Shown: one piece after another, positions 53,502 to 64,000 of the stretch
How the letters are laid out: every line of letters begins with the position of its first letter
Position numbering within the stretch: the first letter of the stretch is position 1
Assembly: GCF_009914755.1 (NCBI RefSeq)
Contig: NC_060941.1
Direction: 5' to 3' (one strand)
Source of the DNA: the human T2T-CHM13v2.0 reference genome, Homo sapiens
DNA: 64,000 bases
The notes under the pieces: model-generated
Seen by the model: only the letters and a program-made list of their open reading frames with translations
What the model was told of the DNA's origin: nothing
Databases searched by the model: none
Translations under genes and position numbers: made by a program

Positions 53502-53946
53502 TGTAGTAGGTTAAATTGTGTCTCCCAAAAAGATGTGTCCAAGTCCTAACCTGGGACCTCAAGCTGTGACCTTATCTGGAATGAGGGCCTTTGCAGACAA
53601 ATTTAAGGTAAGGATCTCAAGATGAAATCATCCTGGATTATGATGGGCCCTAAATCCAGGGATCAGTGTCCTCATAAGAAACAGAAGAGAAGAATGACAC
53701 ACAGAGAAGGCCACGTGGAGACAGAGGCAGGGACTGCAGCAATGCCTCTCCAAGCCGAGGAACACCTGGGGCCGAGAAGCTGGAGGAGGCAGGATGGACC
53801 CTCCCCTGAAGCCTTTGGAGGGAGCACAGCCCTGCCCACACCTTGATTTCAGGCTTGTGGCCTCCAGAAATGCAAGACTTCATGTCTGCTGTTTTAGGCC
53901 CCCAGAAAGCGGTCACTTGTTATATCAGATGCAGGTCACTCATACA
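53502..53946 (+). mobile_element. MLT1C-type MaLR solo LTR
   Basis: TGTAGTAGGTTAAATTGTG start, AAGGCCACGTGGAGACAGAGGCAG, CACCTTGATTTCAG; TSD GACAC/GACAT. Confidence 0.9.
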
Positions 53947-54850
53947 GACATACTCAAGGACTGGGGCTAAGGGGCTTCAACTTGCAGGAGCTCCCAGAGC
54001 AGGTTCAACACCAGGAATCTGGCCTCGCAGGCTCAGAAGTAGGCCATCTCCCTCTCCCCACCTGGACGGCAGCCCCTGATGAAGGGAAAACAGCCCCCAG
54101 ACCCCTCATGCAGGTTCCCTGACACAGAGAAAAGGGCCAGAAGGATGTGGCTCCCATGGTGAATTTGGCTCAGAGTTGACATCCTGGGCACTAGAAGGGT
54201 CACTTTGCCAGCCACGCTCCCCTGTGGACCCTCACGTCTGCCTGCCTCGGCCACTGGGTTGGAGCTGCTTTGCCAGGTTGGGGGTGCACAGGTATTAGTC
54301 AAGAGCCCAGACCCCTCTTCCTGCCTGTGCCTGTAGTCCCTTACCACAGAGAGGAGAGGGAGAGCAAACAAAACCCCTGAAGCTGAGAGGTTCGGGTAGG
54401 AGGGGCCCGGGATGGGTTTCTGGCACTGTGTGTTTTTTTCAGCTTCTATGAAGAAAATTAACAATTACAGTAGAAGCTACATGAAACATAAGCAGAGGCC
54501 TGTCACTCACCTCTCTTGCTTCCTGTGCTAACCCCCGTTAACCCCTTTCTGCCCCCACGATCCTTCCTCCCTACAGCCTAGAACACGGGCTGTCCCCAAA
54601 CTTTCTCCCTTACAGTTCCCGGGTCCCCCTCTCAACCTGCCTCCAGGTGAGTCTGCAAAATTTCCTGGGCTCTCCCCAAAGCTCACCCCAGACACCCTAA
54701 TCCAATTCATCCAACAAAACCATTCAGAAGCCTCCAACAACTTCTACTCTGAAATATTCTAGAATTTTGCATAATTGCCAATTAAGATCAGTTTTCATCA
54801 TTCAATTATAGGTGAATATACTGATGTGCTTATTTGAAACCTGCACACAT

Positions 54851-54852
<2 letters not shown>

Positions 54853-54888
<36 letters not shown>
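54853..54888. repeat. (AC)18 microsatellite
   Basis: Perfect AC run. Confidence 0.97.
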
Positions 54889-54890
<2 letters not shown>

Positions 54891-55758
54891 TGAGTCTGGC
54901 CACCCGTAGACCCAATGGAGCATCTCTGCTGGTGGACGTTACATTCCGGATGCTGGATGGCAGGTGACCCCAGCTCTGGGGGCGCACATACATGGATGCA
55001 ACCTCTTCACTTCTGCACTAAGAAAGGAGAGTGGTCTGGGCAGGAGAAGACTCAAGGGTTAAAGTCACGATGGGCACACCATTGTGGTGGGTGGCTGGCC
55101 CCCTCCTGGCCATTGTTCAGCAGGGTCAGCATATTTCCATCTTCCAGCCAGCCCGCTCGTTAATTAATCACTCATTAGGCTAATCACAGCTATCTCGTTT
55201 CCCACTAGGGGGGAAGATGTTAGCACAGTGGAATGCCAAAAAAGCCCAAAATGCAACTAATGGGTCTGTGTGAAGAGGCAGAAAGAGAGACCGTGGAACG
55301 ATGGGACGTTTCTAACACCTGACATACACACACACACATGCACACGCATGATGAAACAGAAGCCATGTGTGTGCAGAAACTCTCTCAACATGGATGCCAG
55401 ACTCAAGGAGGTCAAAAGTCACCCGTGGGTGTACAGACACTGTGGACTGCCCTCCCGCCCTCCTGTAGGCGAGAGTTAAGCAGAAAGGAAAAGAGGCCAT
55501 TTCCAATTTCAATTCTAATCACTTCCCTTCTCAGGCTGTGAATGAAGGCCTGGACTTGGAACAAGAGCTACTTTGGCAGTAGGAAGAATAAAACGGGGAA
55601 AAAACACCGGAGCCTATAGGAGCACCTCCCTACAGATGTGAAGAGGCAAATGCCGAGGTATTGGCACAGATGTCCCCATCGGAGCCATCCTGGGATGGGG
55701 ACTCCAGGAAAACGAATCACCCCAAAATTCCAAGAGGAATTACAAGTTCATCCAAACA

Positions 55759-55899
55759 CAGACCACCCTGGACTTCTGATTTTTTTTTTTATATTATGAT
55801 GGGCTTATCAGGGTATTAAATATATTTTCAACTTAGCAATAATTTCAACTTATGGTGGGTTTGTTGGGGTGTGACCCATCATAATTCCAGGAGCACCTG
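55759..55899. mobile_element. Short Tigger3-like (TcMar) non-autonomous element
   Basis: TTTCAACTTATGGTGGGTTT...GACCCATCATAA.TCCAGGAGCACCTG|TA resembles the Tigger3 terminus. Confidence 0.6.
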
Positions 55900-56904
55900 T
55901 ATATGGGCCTAAGGAAGAAGAAGACAAGAACAACTATTAGCAACTCATCGTGATCCAAAGTGCTACACTACTGAAGATCAGGAGGACCCCTGTCTGGCAA
56001 GGATTCGACGGAGCTCCCAGGGTAGCCTGCCAAGAAAATAGCACTGTGCAAGGTGCTGTTTGCATGCATAACAATGATAAGACTAGTCCCAAAAGATATA
56101 TGCCAAGAGGAGAGAAAAAGTAAAACTCTGGCTAAGGAAACAAATTCAAGAAGTAAAACCTACTTTTAGAAAAGCACAAAATGAGATTTTCTAAATCAGA
56201 GCTGGCAGCCTTCAATTAGAAGGGGGTGCAGCATTCTCATCCGAGAGCTCTGACTCCCAAGCCCAGGCTGGGGGGCCCGATGGCTCACCCAAGGCAGTGT
56301 TTTCTGTCCAGAAGTTTCCACCCACAAATATGCCAAACCCTTCCTCTCGCCTGCCTTGCTTCACTGGGACAATTTGCTATCGAAAGGCACAATTATCAGG
56401 GGACATATGATGTTTAGGAGCATCATTTGGAAGAAGTTATATCTAAACACCTGAGTAGTAAATGAGAAAAAAAAATACATTAGGAAATTTGGTTTTAAAT
56501 GTTTTATGCTAATTTATTCGGCTCAGTCAAGTGCAGTCAACCCTGAACCCCCGGGACTGTCAGTGTGGGTGACAATCACAGGCAAAGACGTGCCGGGAAG
56601 ACGTTGTCACCTCCGCCGAGCTCTGAACCCAGAAGACAAGCATGTCAACATCTCAGAAGCATCATCTTGGGGATAGAGAGGAAGCTGGGGAAGTCTGTTC
56701 AAATCTTCCCTAGAGACAAATCTCTTCACCTTGACTGCAGCTCAACTGTTCAGCCTGAATCAGGGGGTGAGGCCTGCCCTTGAATTGCAACTGGCAGGAG
56801 GGAAAATGACCTACTCTCAGATGGGGATCACCTACGAACCATCACAGTAAGTTACCCTCAATGCAAGAGGCATCCGTGGAGCACCCACCCCTGGTGAGGA
56901 GGCA

Positions 56905-57090
56905 GCCCAGGCTCAAGCCTTGGCTCTGACACTCATGGGCAGGGAGGCCCTGGGCAAACCACTGGGTCCCCCGCAACCTTCCATTTCATCCTCTGAAAAA
57001 CGGTGACAATAAGCGTACCAACATCATCAGATCATCATGAGTACTGAATGACAGCATCGCAGTGTTCGTACGTTAGGTGGGGCCTAGTGC
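56905..57090 (+). mobile_element. MIR SINE fragment (diverged)
   Basis: GGCTCTGACACT...CCCTGGGCAA...CATTTCATCCTCTGAAAAACGG..ACAATAA. Confidence 0.55.
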
Positions 57091-58199
57091 CCAAGGGATC
57101 ATACGTGCTTCACGTCTGGAGACGCTTCCACAGAACACCTTCCCCCACGCCCACAGCATCCCTGCCACCCAGTACTGGCACCCTCATCCACACAAATTAC
57201 AGGGGGGTACCAACACCCGCAGGGCTCTTTTGAGTCCTAGAGAGCCCAGAGGGCTTTACGCTATGTTCCCTGTGGCTACAGGGGAGGAGAATTCAGCTGG
57301 CCTAGAAGGATGGGTAGAATTCTGAATGGTTGAAATTAAGGAGAAGGAAGTTGCTGGAAGGCATGGGGCAGACGGAAGCATGGAGGTGGGAACTGCTGAA
57401 TGCTGTGATCTGGCAGGAACATGGGATGTTTGAGGAGGAAGGCGGAGGTGAGAGTGTAGGGGCTAGCTGGGAACTGAACTTTTTAGAGAGTAAGACTGGG
57501 AGCTCAGATGGGCAATCGGCAGTGCAGGATGGAGGCCCACCCTGTCACCACCTCCGCTGCGGAGGAACGCAGCAGTCATGGTGGAAGGGAAGGCGGATGG
57601 GCATTCTTTGTGCACATGCCTTCGACGCAGAAGGCAGAGCTCCAGCAAGTCACTGACGCTCCACTGTCTTGGGACAGATGGATGCTCAGACATGGACGTG
57701 GTTTATGATTGTCCAGGTTGAGGCTGTTGGCTCTTTCTTCTTCAGGGAGACCGTCCCCTGCCCTCTGGCTTCTGGCATGCAGCAGCGAATGGGTCATTAA
57801 AGATCACCTTGGAGGTGGGGGAGTGGGAAAGGGAAGTTAGGGCCATCAGGGGAGAATGGGGTCACAGAGCGGAGAGGGGAGGCTCCAGGAAGAAAGAAGC
57901 CACACAGCAGGGATGAGGGAGGGGACCACTGGGAGAGACTCGGACTTGGTGGCCACAGCCCCTGCCAACTGCTGGAGAAGTTGGCATCTCCCTGCCATCA
58001 GTGGAGAAGCAGGCCCGGCAGGGTCAGGAAAGGTGAAGGAGGGCACAGAGAGCTTGCACAACCCGGGGGCATTGCAGGGAAGAAACACCCTTGGCAGGCT
58101 CAGGGCCTTTGGACCAAGAAGCCAGTGGAGAGGAAGCAGCACCGTGGTGCCATCCCGCTCACGGCCCCCCGGCCACCTGGACCACGTCTCCCCTCCAAC

Positions 58200-58325
58200 A
58201 CCCACTGAGACGTGCAGCTTGGAGCACATGGCTTCATCTCTCCGGGTCTCGGTTTACCCATCTGTGGAATGGGGGTGATCGCAGGGCCTCCCTCAGGAGA
58301 TTGCTTTGAGGATCAAATGAGCGAA
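58200..58325 (+). mobile_element. MIR SINE fragment
   Basis: GTCTCGGTTTACCCATCTGTGGAATGGGG...TGAGGATCAAATGAG. Confidence 0.7.
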
Positions 58326-59889
58326 TTTCTGCAGCAGTCCTCAACCTGCAGTCACGGCAGTGTGTCCTTTCTGTAAACCCGGGATGAAATGCTAATAGCC
58401 GTGTCATTCTACACATGCTATGCCGGAGCTGAAGAGTGCGTGTTGGCTCTGCCCAGACCCAGCGGCCATGCTGGCCACACCCTAAGTCCAGAGCGATGCC
58501 CAGAGAACAAACCACTCTAGGCCCTCTGGGGCAGTGGCTTCATCTCATTTTTGAAAGGGGGAGCTGTGTGGCCAGCAGAGATGGACATAGAAGCTGGGGC
58601 GTCGCAGTGGGGCCCCTCTCTTCCTCCTGGCGGCAGATGGGGAGGCTGGCCCTGAGTGGCCAGCTCAGTGGTCACAGAGGGACAGGCCTCATCTCCTTGG
58701 CACCCTTTGGGGTGGTGGAAGGGAAGCTGGTGGGAGGCAGGGATGTCACCCAGAGTCCCAGGATAACAGAGGGGACTGGCAGGCCGCCTGCTGCAGCCCC
58801 ACAGCCCCACAGGGGTTATGGAGAGAAATAGTGCCGTTTAAGAGTGTGCAGAAGAGTGGGTGCGGAGATGTGTGGGTATGTGCAGGTGTGGCCAGGCACA
58901 TGGGGTGTGTGTGTAGATGTGTGTGCAGTGTGTGCCGGTGTGTGCAGAGGCATCTCTGGGACAGGACTGGGGCTGGTGAGCCTCACCCCAGAGGACCCTG
59001 GGGGAGAGATCTTCTCCCATGTTCTGCCAGCTCCCTCAGGTCCCCATGCAAAGCTGCAGCCTGACACGCAGGCATGAGGGAGGCTCTCGAAACAGCTTGG
59101 CTGGCAGAGGAGAGGAAAGGGGGCTGACTCCATGCCCAGGAGCTGAGTTCTGGGATCCCTTGGACACCTCTCAGCCCGGGGTGGACAGCAGGCCATGACC
59201 TGGGGCGGTGCTAGGTGCCATGTGCCCCCCATGGTGAGTTGGGAAGCGTCTTTGGTGACGTCCTGTGTAGGAAATGCGCTCTGACAAGGGGTTGCACAGG
59301 AGGGCACCTCTCAGATGCGCCAGGGGAGGCAATGCCGTCTGGAGCCCTGCCCCATCACCTCTGCTCTGACCCCCATGCCAACCTGGCACCTCCTCAGCCC
59401 CTTCTGCACCTCTCCCCTGTTCTCAGAAGGGTGGCCAGGACCCATTCCCCACCCAGCCGCATGCCCCAGGCCTGGGCACATCATTCTGGCTCCCAGGGCC
59501 CTCCCTTGAGGCCTCTCCTCAGCATACCCCCAAATCCAGCTTCCAGGGAGTCCGAGGCTGCCTACATCTGTCCTGCCCCAGGGCCAGGTGGCTCTGTCTG
59601 CTGTATCCCTGCCCAGCCCCTCCTGCCCCTCCTGGCCTGCCCTCTGCGGAGGCCCAGCCCCGCCACCTCTCTCATCCACCAACCTCACCTCTCCTGGGAT
59701 CAAGAACACTGCCACTCCCCCACCTTGCCCACCAAGCCCTCCCAGCACCCCCAATCTCTAGCTATTTGTAGGTCCTCCTGGCCTGCCCACAGCAAAGGGG
59801 TCCACTCACTCTTGGACCCAGTCAAGAAAGTCCAAGGAAGAATTTCATACCGTCCGGCCCTGAGCATTACCACACAGGGAGAAATGGGA

Positions 59890-59990
59890 GTTTGGCAAGG
59901 AATCAAAGGCCCAGAGAGGTTAAGCGACCTGTCTGGAGTCACACAGCTCATTAGGCAAAGACATCTGACCCACCTTAGGGCTCCTGTGGC
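59890..59990 (-). mobile_element. MIR SINE fragment
   Basis: AGGCCCAGAGAGGTTAAGCGACCTGTC...GTCACACAGCT. Confidence 0.65.
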
Positions 59991-60207
59991 CCACTCCAGA
60001 AGCAGCCCTATCCACACTGACTGGAGCGACTTGGAAGATGACATGAGCTGAGCCAGGGTCTCATCTGATGGCCCCATGTGGTGATGGGCCCACTCCCATT
60101 GTAGCTCCTCAGTATTCAAGGCCTGGGGTTTGGGGGCCCTGCACCCAGAGGCAGGAGATACTGCCTACCTGCACCCACTCAGACTGGGCTGCTACAGAGC
60201 CAGCCAC

Positions 60208-60392
60208 GTGCACGAGGCCCGACAGCATCCCCCATGGGGTGTGTGCAGGCCTGGCAGCATCCCCTTTATGGGGTGTGCACAGGCCCACAGCAACCCCTCC
60301 ATGGGGTATGTGCACACAGGCTGGACAGCGTCCCCCTCCACGGGGTGTGCACAGGCCCGGCAGCATCCCCCTCCATGGGATGTACATGGGCC
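60208..60392. repeat. ~34-35 bp minisatellite, ~5 copies
   Basis: Consensus GTGCACAGGCCCGGCAGCATCCCCCTCCATGGGGT. Confidence 0.9.
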
Positions 60393-60819
60393 CCACTTTT
60401 CTTGTATCTTAAAAATGAGCCCCATAACTGGAGGAAGCTGGATGTGCTACTCCCAGGTCAGCAGCCACAAAAGGATCCAAAGACGCGCAGGCTACCGTGA
60501 CGGGGGAGCGGAGAGGGGGAGAGGCAGGCCCTGAGCAGTGGCATCTGGGGAGGAGAAATTCGGAAATTGTTGGCCAGGAAGAAACCGCACCACGCTTCTG
60601 CCCAGGAGAGACCACCTGAGGGTCATCCAGGAGGGTCAGTGTTAACTGAAGGTGGGAATCAGATGAGCCCAGGAGAGTGGCCATCTGGGTCCAGAAATGG
60701 CCAGGCAGGACTCCACGGGAGCTGCCACCACAGAGCCCCATGGAGATGCCACGGGGCCCGTGAAACCTTTGAGCAGAGGCCAGGGAGGGTGAAAGGGGGA
60801 GGCCAGGCACACGGGTGTG

Positions 60820-61060
60820 TGCACACACACACACGCACGCAGTCACACACTCACATGCGCACACGTTCAGAGGAACCTATCCACACACACATTCATTCAC
60901 ACACACACTTCCACAATCACATTCACAGACACACATGCCACCACACACTCGCTCACAGCATCAGACGGACGCAGACATTCACACATTCCACACTCACACT
61001 CATCCACAGAGCTGCTGTCACACGCACAGCCACACACAGCCCCATGCTCCACATGCACCC
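60820..61060. repeat. Degenerate (CA)n low-complexity tract
   Basis: CACACAC/CATTCAC-rich sequence. Confidence 0.8.
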
Positions 61061-61143
61061 TTGACACCTGCAGCGGCACCTCCAGCCTGGCCTCCCCCGA
61101 GGGCCACCCAGGTGTCCAGTGCTACGTGGCGTCTGCCTCTCTC

Positions 61144-61401
61144 GGACATTGCACTAACCAGGTCCCACCGCAAGCCTCAAGAACATCACACTGATGAGGC
61201 TCCACCCCAAACCTCAAGAACTTCACACTGACGAGGCTCCACCCCAAACCTAAGGACATCACACTGACCAGGTCCCACCCCAAGCCTTAAGGACATTGTA
61301 CTGACCAGGCCCCACCCCAAGCCTAAAGGACATCACACTGACGGGGCCCCAGCCCAAGCCTGAAGGACATCACACTGACAGGGTCCCACCCCAAGCCTTA
61401 A
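61144..61401. repeat. 37-bp minisatellite, 7 copies
   Basis: Consensus GGACATCACACTGACCAGGTCCCACCCCAAGCCTTAA; units start at 61144, 61181 and so on. Confidence 0.95.
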
Positions 61402-61554
61402 TGTGCTCCCGAGCCTGTTCCTCTCTCACGCAGTCTTTCTTTCTGCTACTCAACCTGAAAATCTGGGCATCATCCTTGCTCTGTCCTCTTCTCCTAACCC
61501 TCGTCCCGCCAACTCTGTTTGTTCCGCCTCCCACTCTGACCCTGTCTGTCCCCT

Positions 61555-61735
61555 CCAGGCACCATGGACATCTGGGGCTGGGTCCTTCTTGGTGGGAGCA
61601 TCCCGTGTGCTGTAGGATGTTTACTGGCATCCCTGGGTCCCCACCCACTGGATGCCAGGGGCAGCCCCCTCCCCAGCTGTGACAACCCCAGACATTGCCA
61701 TGCATCCCCTGCTGGAGAGAACCCGCCCCAGACCA
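61555..61735 (-). mobile_element. MER20 DNA transposon, apparently within L2-like sequence
   Basis: TGTAGGATGTTTA.TGGCATCCCTGG..CCCACCCACTGGATGCCAG..TGTGACAACC..CAGACATTGCCA is reverse MER20. Confidence 0.85.
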
Positions 61736-63494
61736 AGCCCCAGCCCCTCTCACCCAGGCTTTGCGCTGGGTTCCCAAAGGGTCTCTCTGCCTCTGACCTA
61801 GTTCCTTCTAACCATATACCAGACCATTCTTTTAAAATATTAATCGGTGAATTTCAGAGATGCCATCATTTTATAAAGACACTGTTAAATGCATATTTAT
61901 ACCAGGCCAGAGCCCCTCCTGAGTCAGACCCCCGGGAGTTCCCACCACACTTGAATTGATTCAAACCCCCCAGGGCCCTTCAGAGCCTGCCTCTGCCCAC
62001 CCTGGCCCGGCCGGCTCTCTCGGTCTTTCAAACACAAGCTCGAGAGGTCTGGGCACAAGTCAGTCCCACTGCCTGGACCAGCCCTCTACTCTCTGTCCCC
62101 AGCCACCCACTCAGCACAGGGCTGCCTCCTCCCATCCTAAATCCCCCAAGTTGTTCTGTATCACAGCACCTGCCCATTCCCATGGGAGTCCTTCCAACAG
62201 TTAGTCATGAATTGTATGTGTGTGTTATAGGCAGAGGTACAGGCATAGGTATATTGATAGAGAAGATAATGAGATAGGTTGACACAGATGACACACACGT
62301 GGCACAGGTGTAGACAGGCAGGGTGAGGTCTACAGGCACCCTCCTCCCCAGGGCATGGGCTCCTGGGGGCATGGCTGCCCTACTTCCTGGTCCCCTGAGC
62401 AGAAGGCCTGGGCCCATGTCCAGCATGGAGTAGGGCCTTGTTAGAATATTTCAGGGTTGATGGTCGGACGGATGAGGGCCTCATGGCATGGCCTCGGGTA
62501 GCAGTGGAAAAGGAGCTGTTGTGGAGACACAGGACACAGGCTGGAATCAATAGCTCTCACCATGTGGTGTGTGCCATCACTCCTCACTGGGGTGTTGAGG
62601 GGAGGGGTTGCTTTAATATGGCTCATGAATGGGGGTACGGCCTTTCTAATCTCCGCAAATGTCATCGACTTCCAGAGATCTGTGAAATCACCCAACCAAG
62701 ACACGTGGCCGCTAACTCCTTCTAACGCGCCTTCATGTCCTGCTCAACATCCCAGCGGCTCTTCCTGAAGCCCAGGGCCAGCAGCCCCGTGTAGATGCCC
62801 CGGGACCTCCGTTTCCGGGGCAGTTGGGGCGCCCTCTCTCCCCAGGACAGTGGCAGTGTGGCAGCACAGAGCAACAGCTGGTCTCTGCTCCCAAAGAGAT
62901 GCAGAGAATGAATGCGTCCTAGGCCAGCCAGGCCCTGGGGCTGTCCCCGCGATGTCCCTGCACACAACAGCCATGAGATCCCTGCCCTCAGGCAGCGAGT
63001 CCAGTGTGGGGAGGTGCAGGAAAACCCTTGAGACCCTTCAGTGCATAAGGAAACGGAACGTGACCTCTAAGAGCAGAGGCGACTTGAAGAACACAGCCCA
63101 GCACAACGGCAGAAAGAAGGTGTTCAGGAAAGGGTGTGGCAGTCAATGGATTCCTCCAGAAAACACGGTGGGTGGGGAGCCAGAGGTCCTTGCATCCAGC
63201 AGTCAGGCCACAGCACAACCTCACCTGGGCCAGGGCAGCAGAAATCCCCAAGTCCCTTGACCTCACAATCATGCAACCAGGCCCAGGCCATCTTTGCAGG
63301 GCGGGGGACCCGGGTGTGCCTCCCCAGGTGGGTAACAGAGCAGGCAGTTGGGCAGGGAAGGAGCAGGGAGAGGTCCGTCTGCCAGGCCCACATGGTAGGC
63401 AGGCACGCAGTGTCTCGAAGCAGTCGGCGCACACGGTTACCCTTAATGGGACTGCGCTGCCTGACTCATATGCTCTGAATCTGTCAGGGCCTTG

Positions 63495-63810
63495 TTTTTG
63501 TTTTTTGTTGGGAAATAATTACGGATTCACTAGAAGGGGCAGAGAAATGTACAGGTGCCTCGCACCCTTCACTCAGCTCCCCGCAATGTTGACGTCTCAC
63601 GTAACCACCATGCAACCAGGAAACCGAGATGGGGCAGTACACAGGGCTGACTCAGATTCCCCAGTGATATACACACGTGTGTGCATCTGTGTGTGCATGC
63701 CTGTGTGTGCGTGTGCGTGAGATATGTAGCTCTTTGCCATGTTATCACATGTGCAGCATCGTGCGACCATCACCGCAGTTGAGATACGGAACTGCTGCAT
63801 CAGCACAAAA
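63495..63810 (-). mobile_element. L1MC/MD-type LINE 3' end
   Basis: ACCCTTCACTCAG, AACCAGGAAA, internal (TG)n, TTATCACATGTG..GACCATCACC..GAGATAC.GAACTG. Confidence 0.7.
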
Positions 63811-64000
63811 GCCTGGGTTGGGGTTTATTTAATTAAAAAAAAAAAGGTTGAAAACTAAGAATTGTCACAGCAAGTAAGTGAGCTCTTCTGCAGTGCTAGG
63901 GCAGCTCAGCTGAGCTGGGGCGGGGGCAGCAGCTGGGCAGTCTGCTTCCTGAGCGGAGGAGCAATTTCCTGGTGTCCGGGGACTCTGGGTGGCAAATCAG

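Noticed and set aside
59215-60051. 278-aa plus-strand ORF
   Set aside because: Low-complexity Pro-rich product that runs into a MIR, with no family resemblance.
61144-61401. CRISPR-like 37-bp periodicity
   Set aside because: Units are contiguous with no unique spacers, no cas genes, and the DNA is primate; it is a minisatellite.

Overview
GC-rich, non-coding primate genomic DNA, most likely human or ape because it contains AluS- and AluY-type elements. It looks like a large intron or intergenic stretch of a high-GC isochore. I cannot support any protein-coding gene, tRNA or rRNA here: the ORF track is explained by repeats and GC bias. Eight Alu insertion loci are present, most with visible TSDs. 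Other repeats include old L1M/L2/MIR fragments, MaLR LTRs (MLT1, THE1D), MER41 and MER21 LTRs, the DNA transposons MER20, MER82 and a Tigger3-like element, plus several mini- and microsatellites. Subfamily names come from remembered consensus sequences and need RepeatMasker/Dfam confirmation. The most notable unexplained structures are: (1) two inverted MLT1 LTRs ~0.93 kb apart that look far more alike than independent ancient copies, with similarity extending into the flank; (2) a unique 78-nt near-perfect hairpin at 49927-50004; (3) an A...BA...B mosaic of local duplications at 40.5-42.9 kb; (4) a non-repetitive OCT/SOX/FOX/RFX motif cluster at ~19.45-19.72 kb; and (5) a ~1 kb TG-rich tract with hidden ~110-bp periodicity. 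I do not see evidence for a new multi-gene system.
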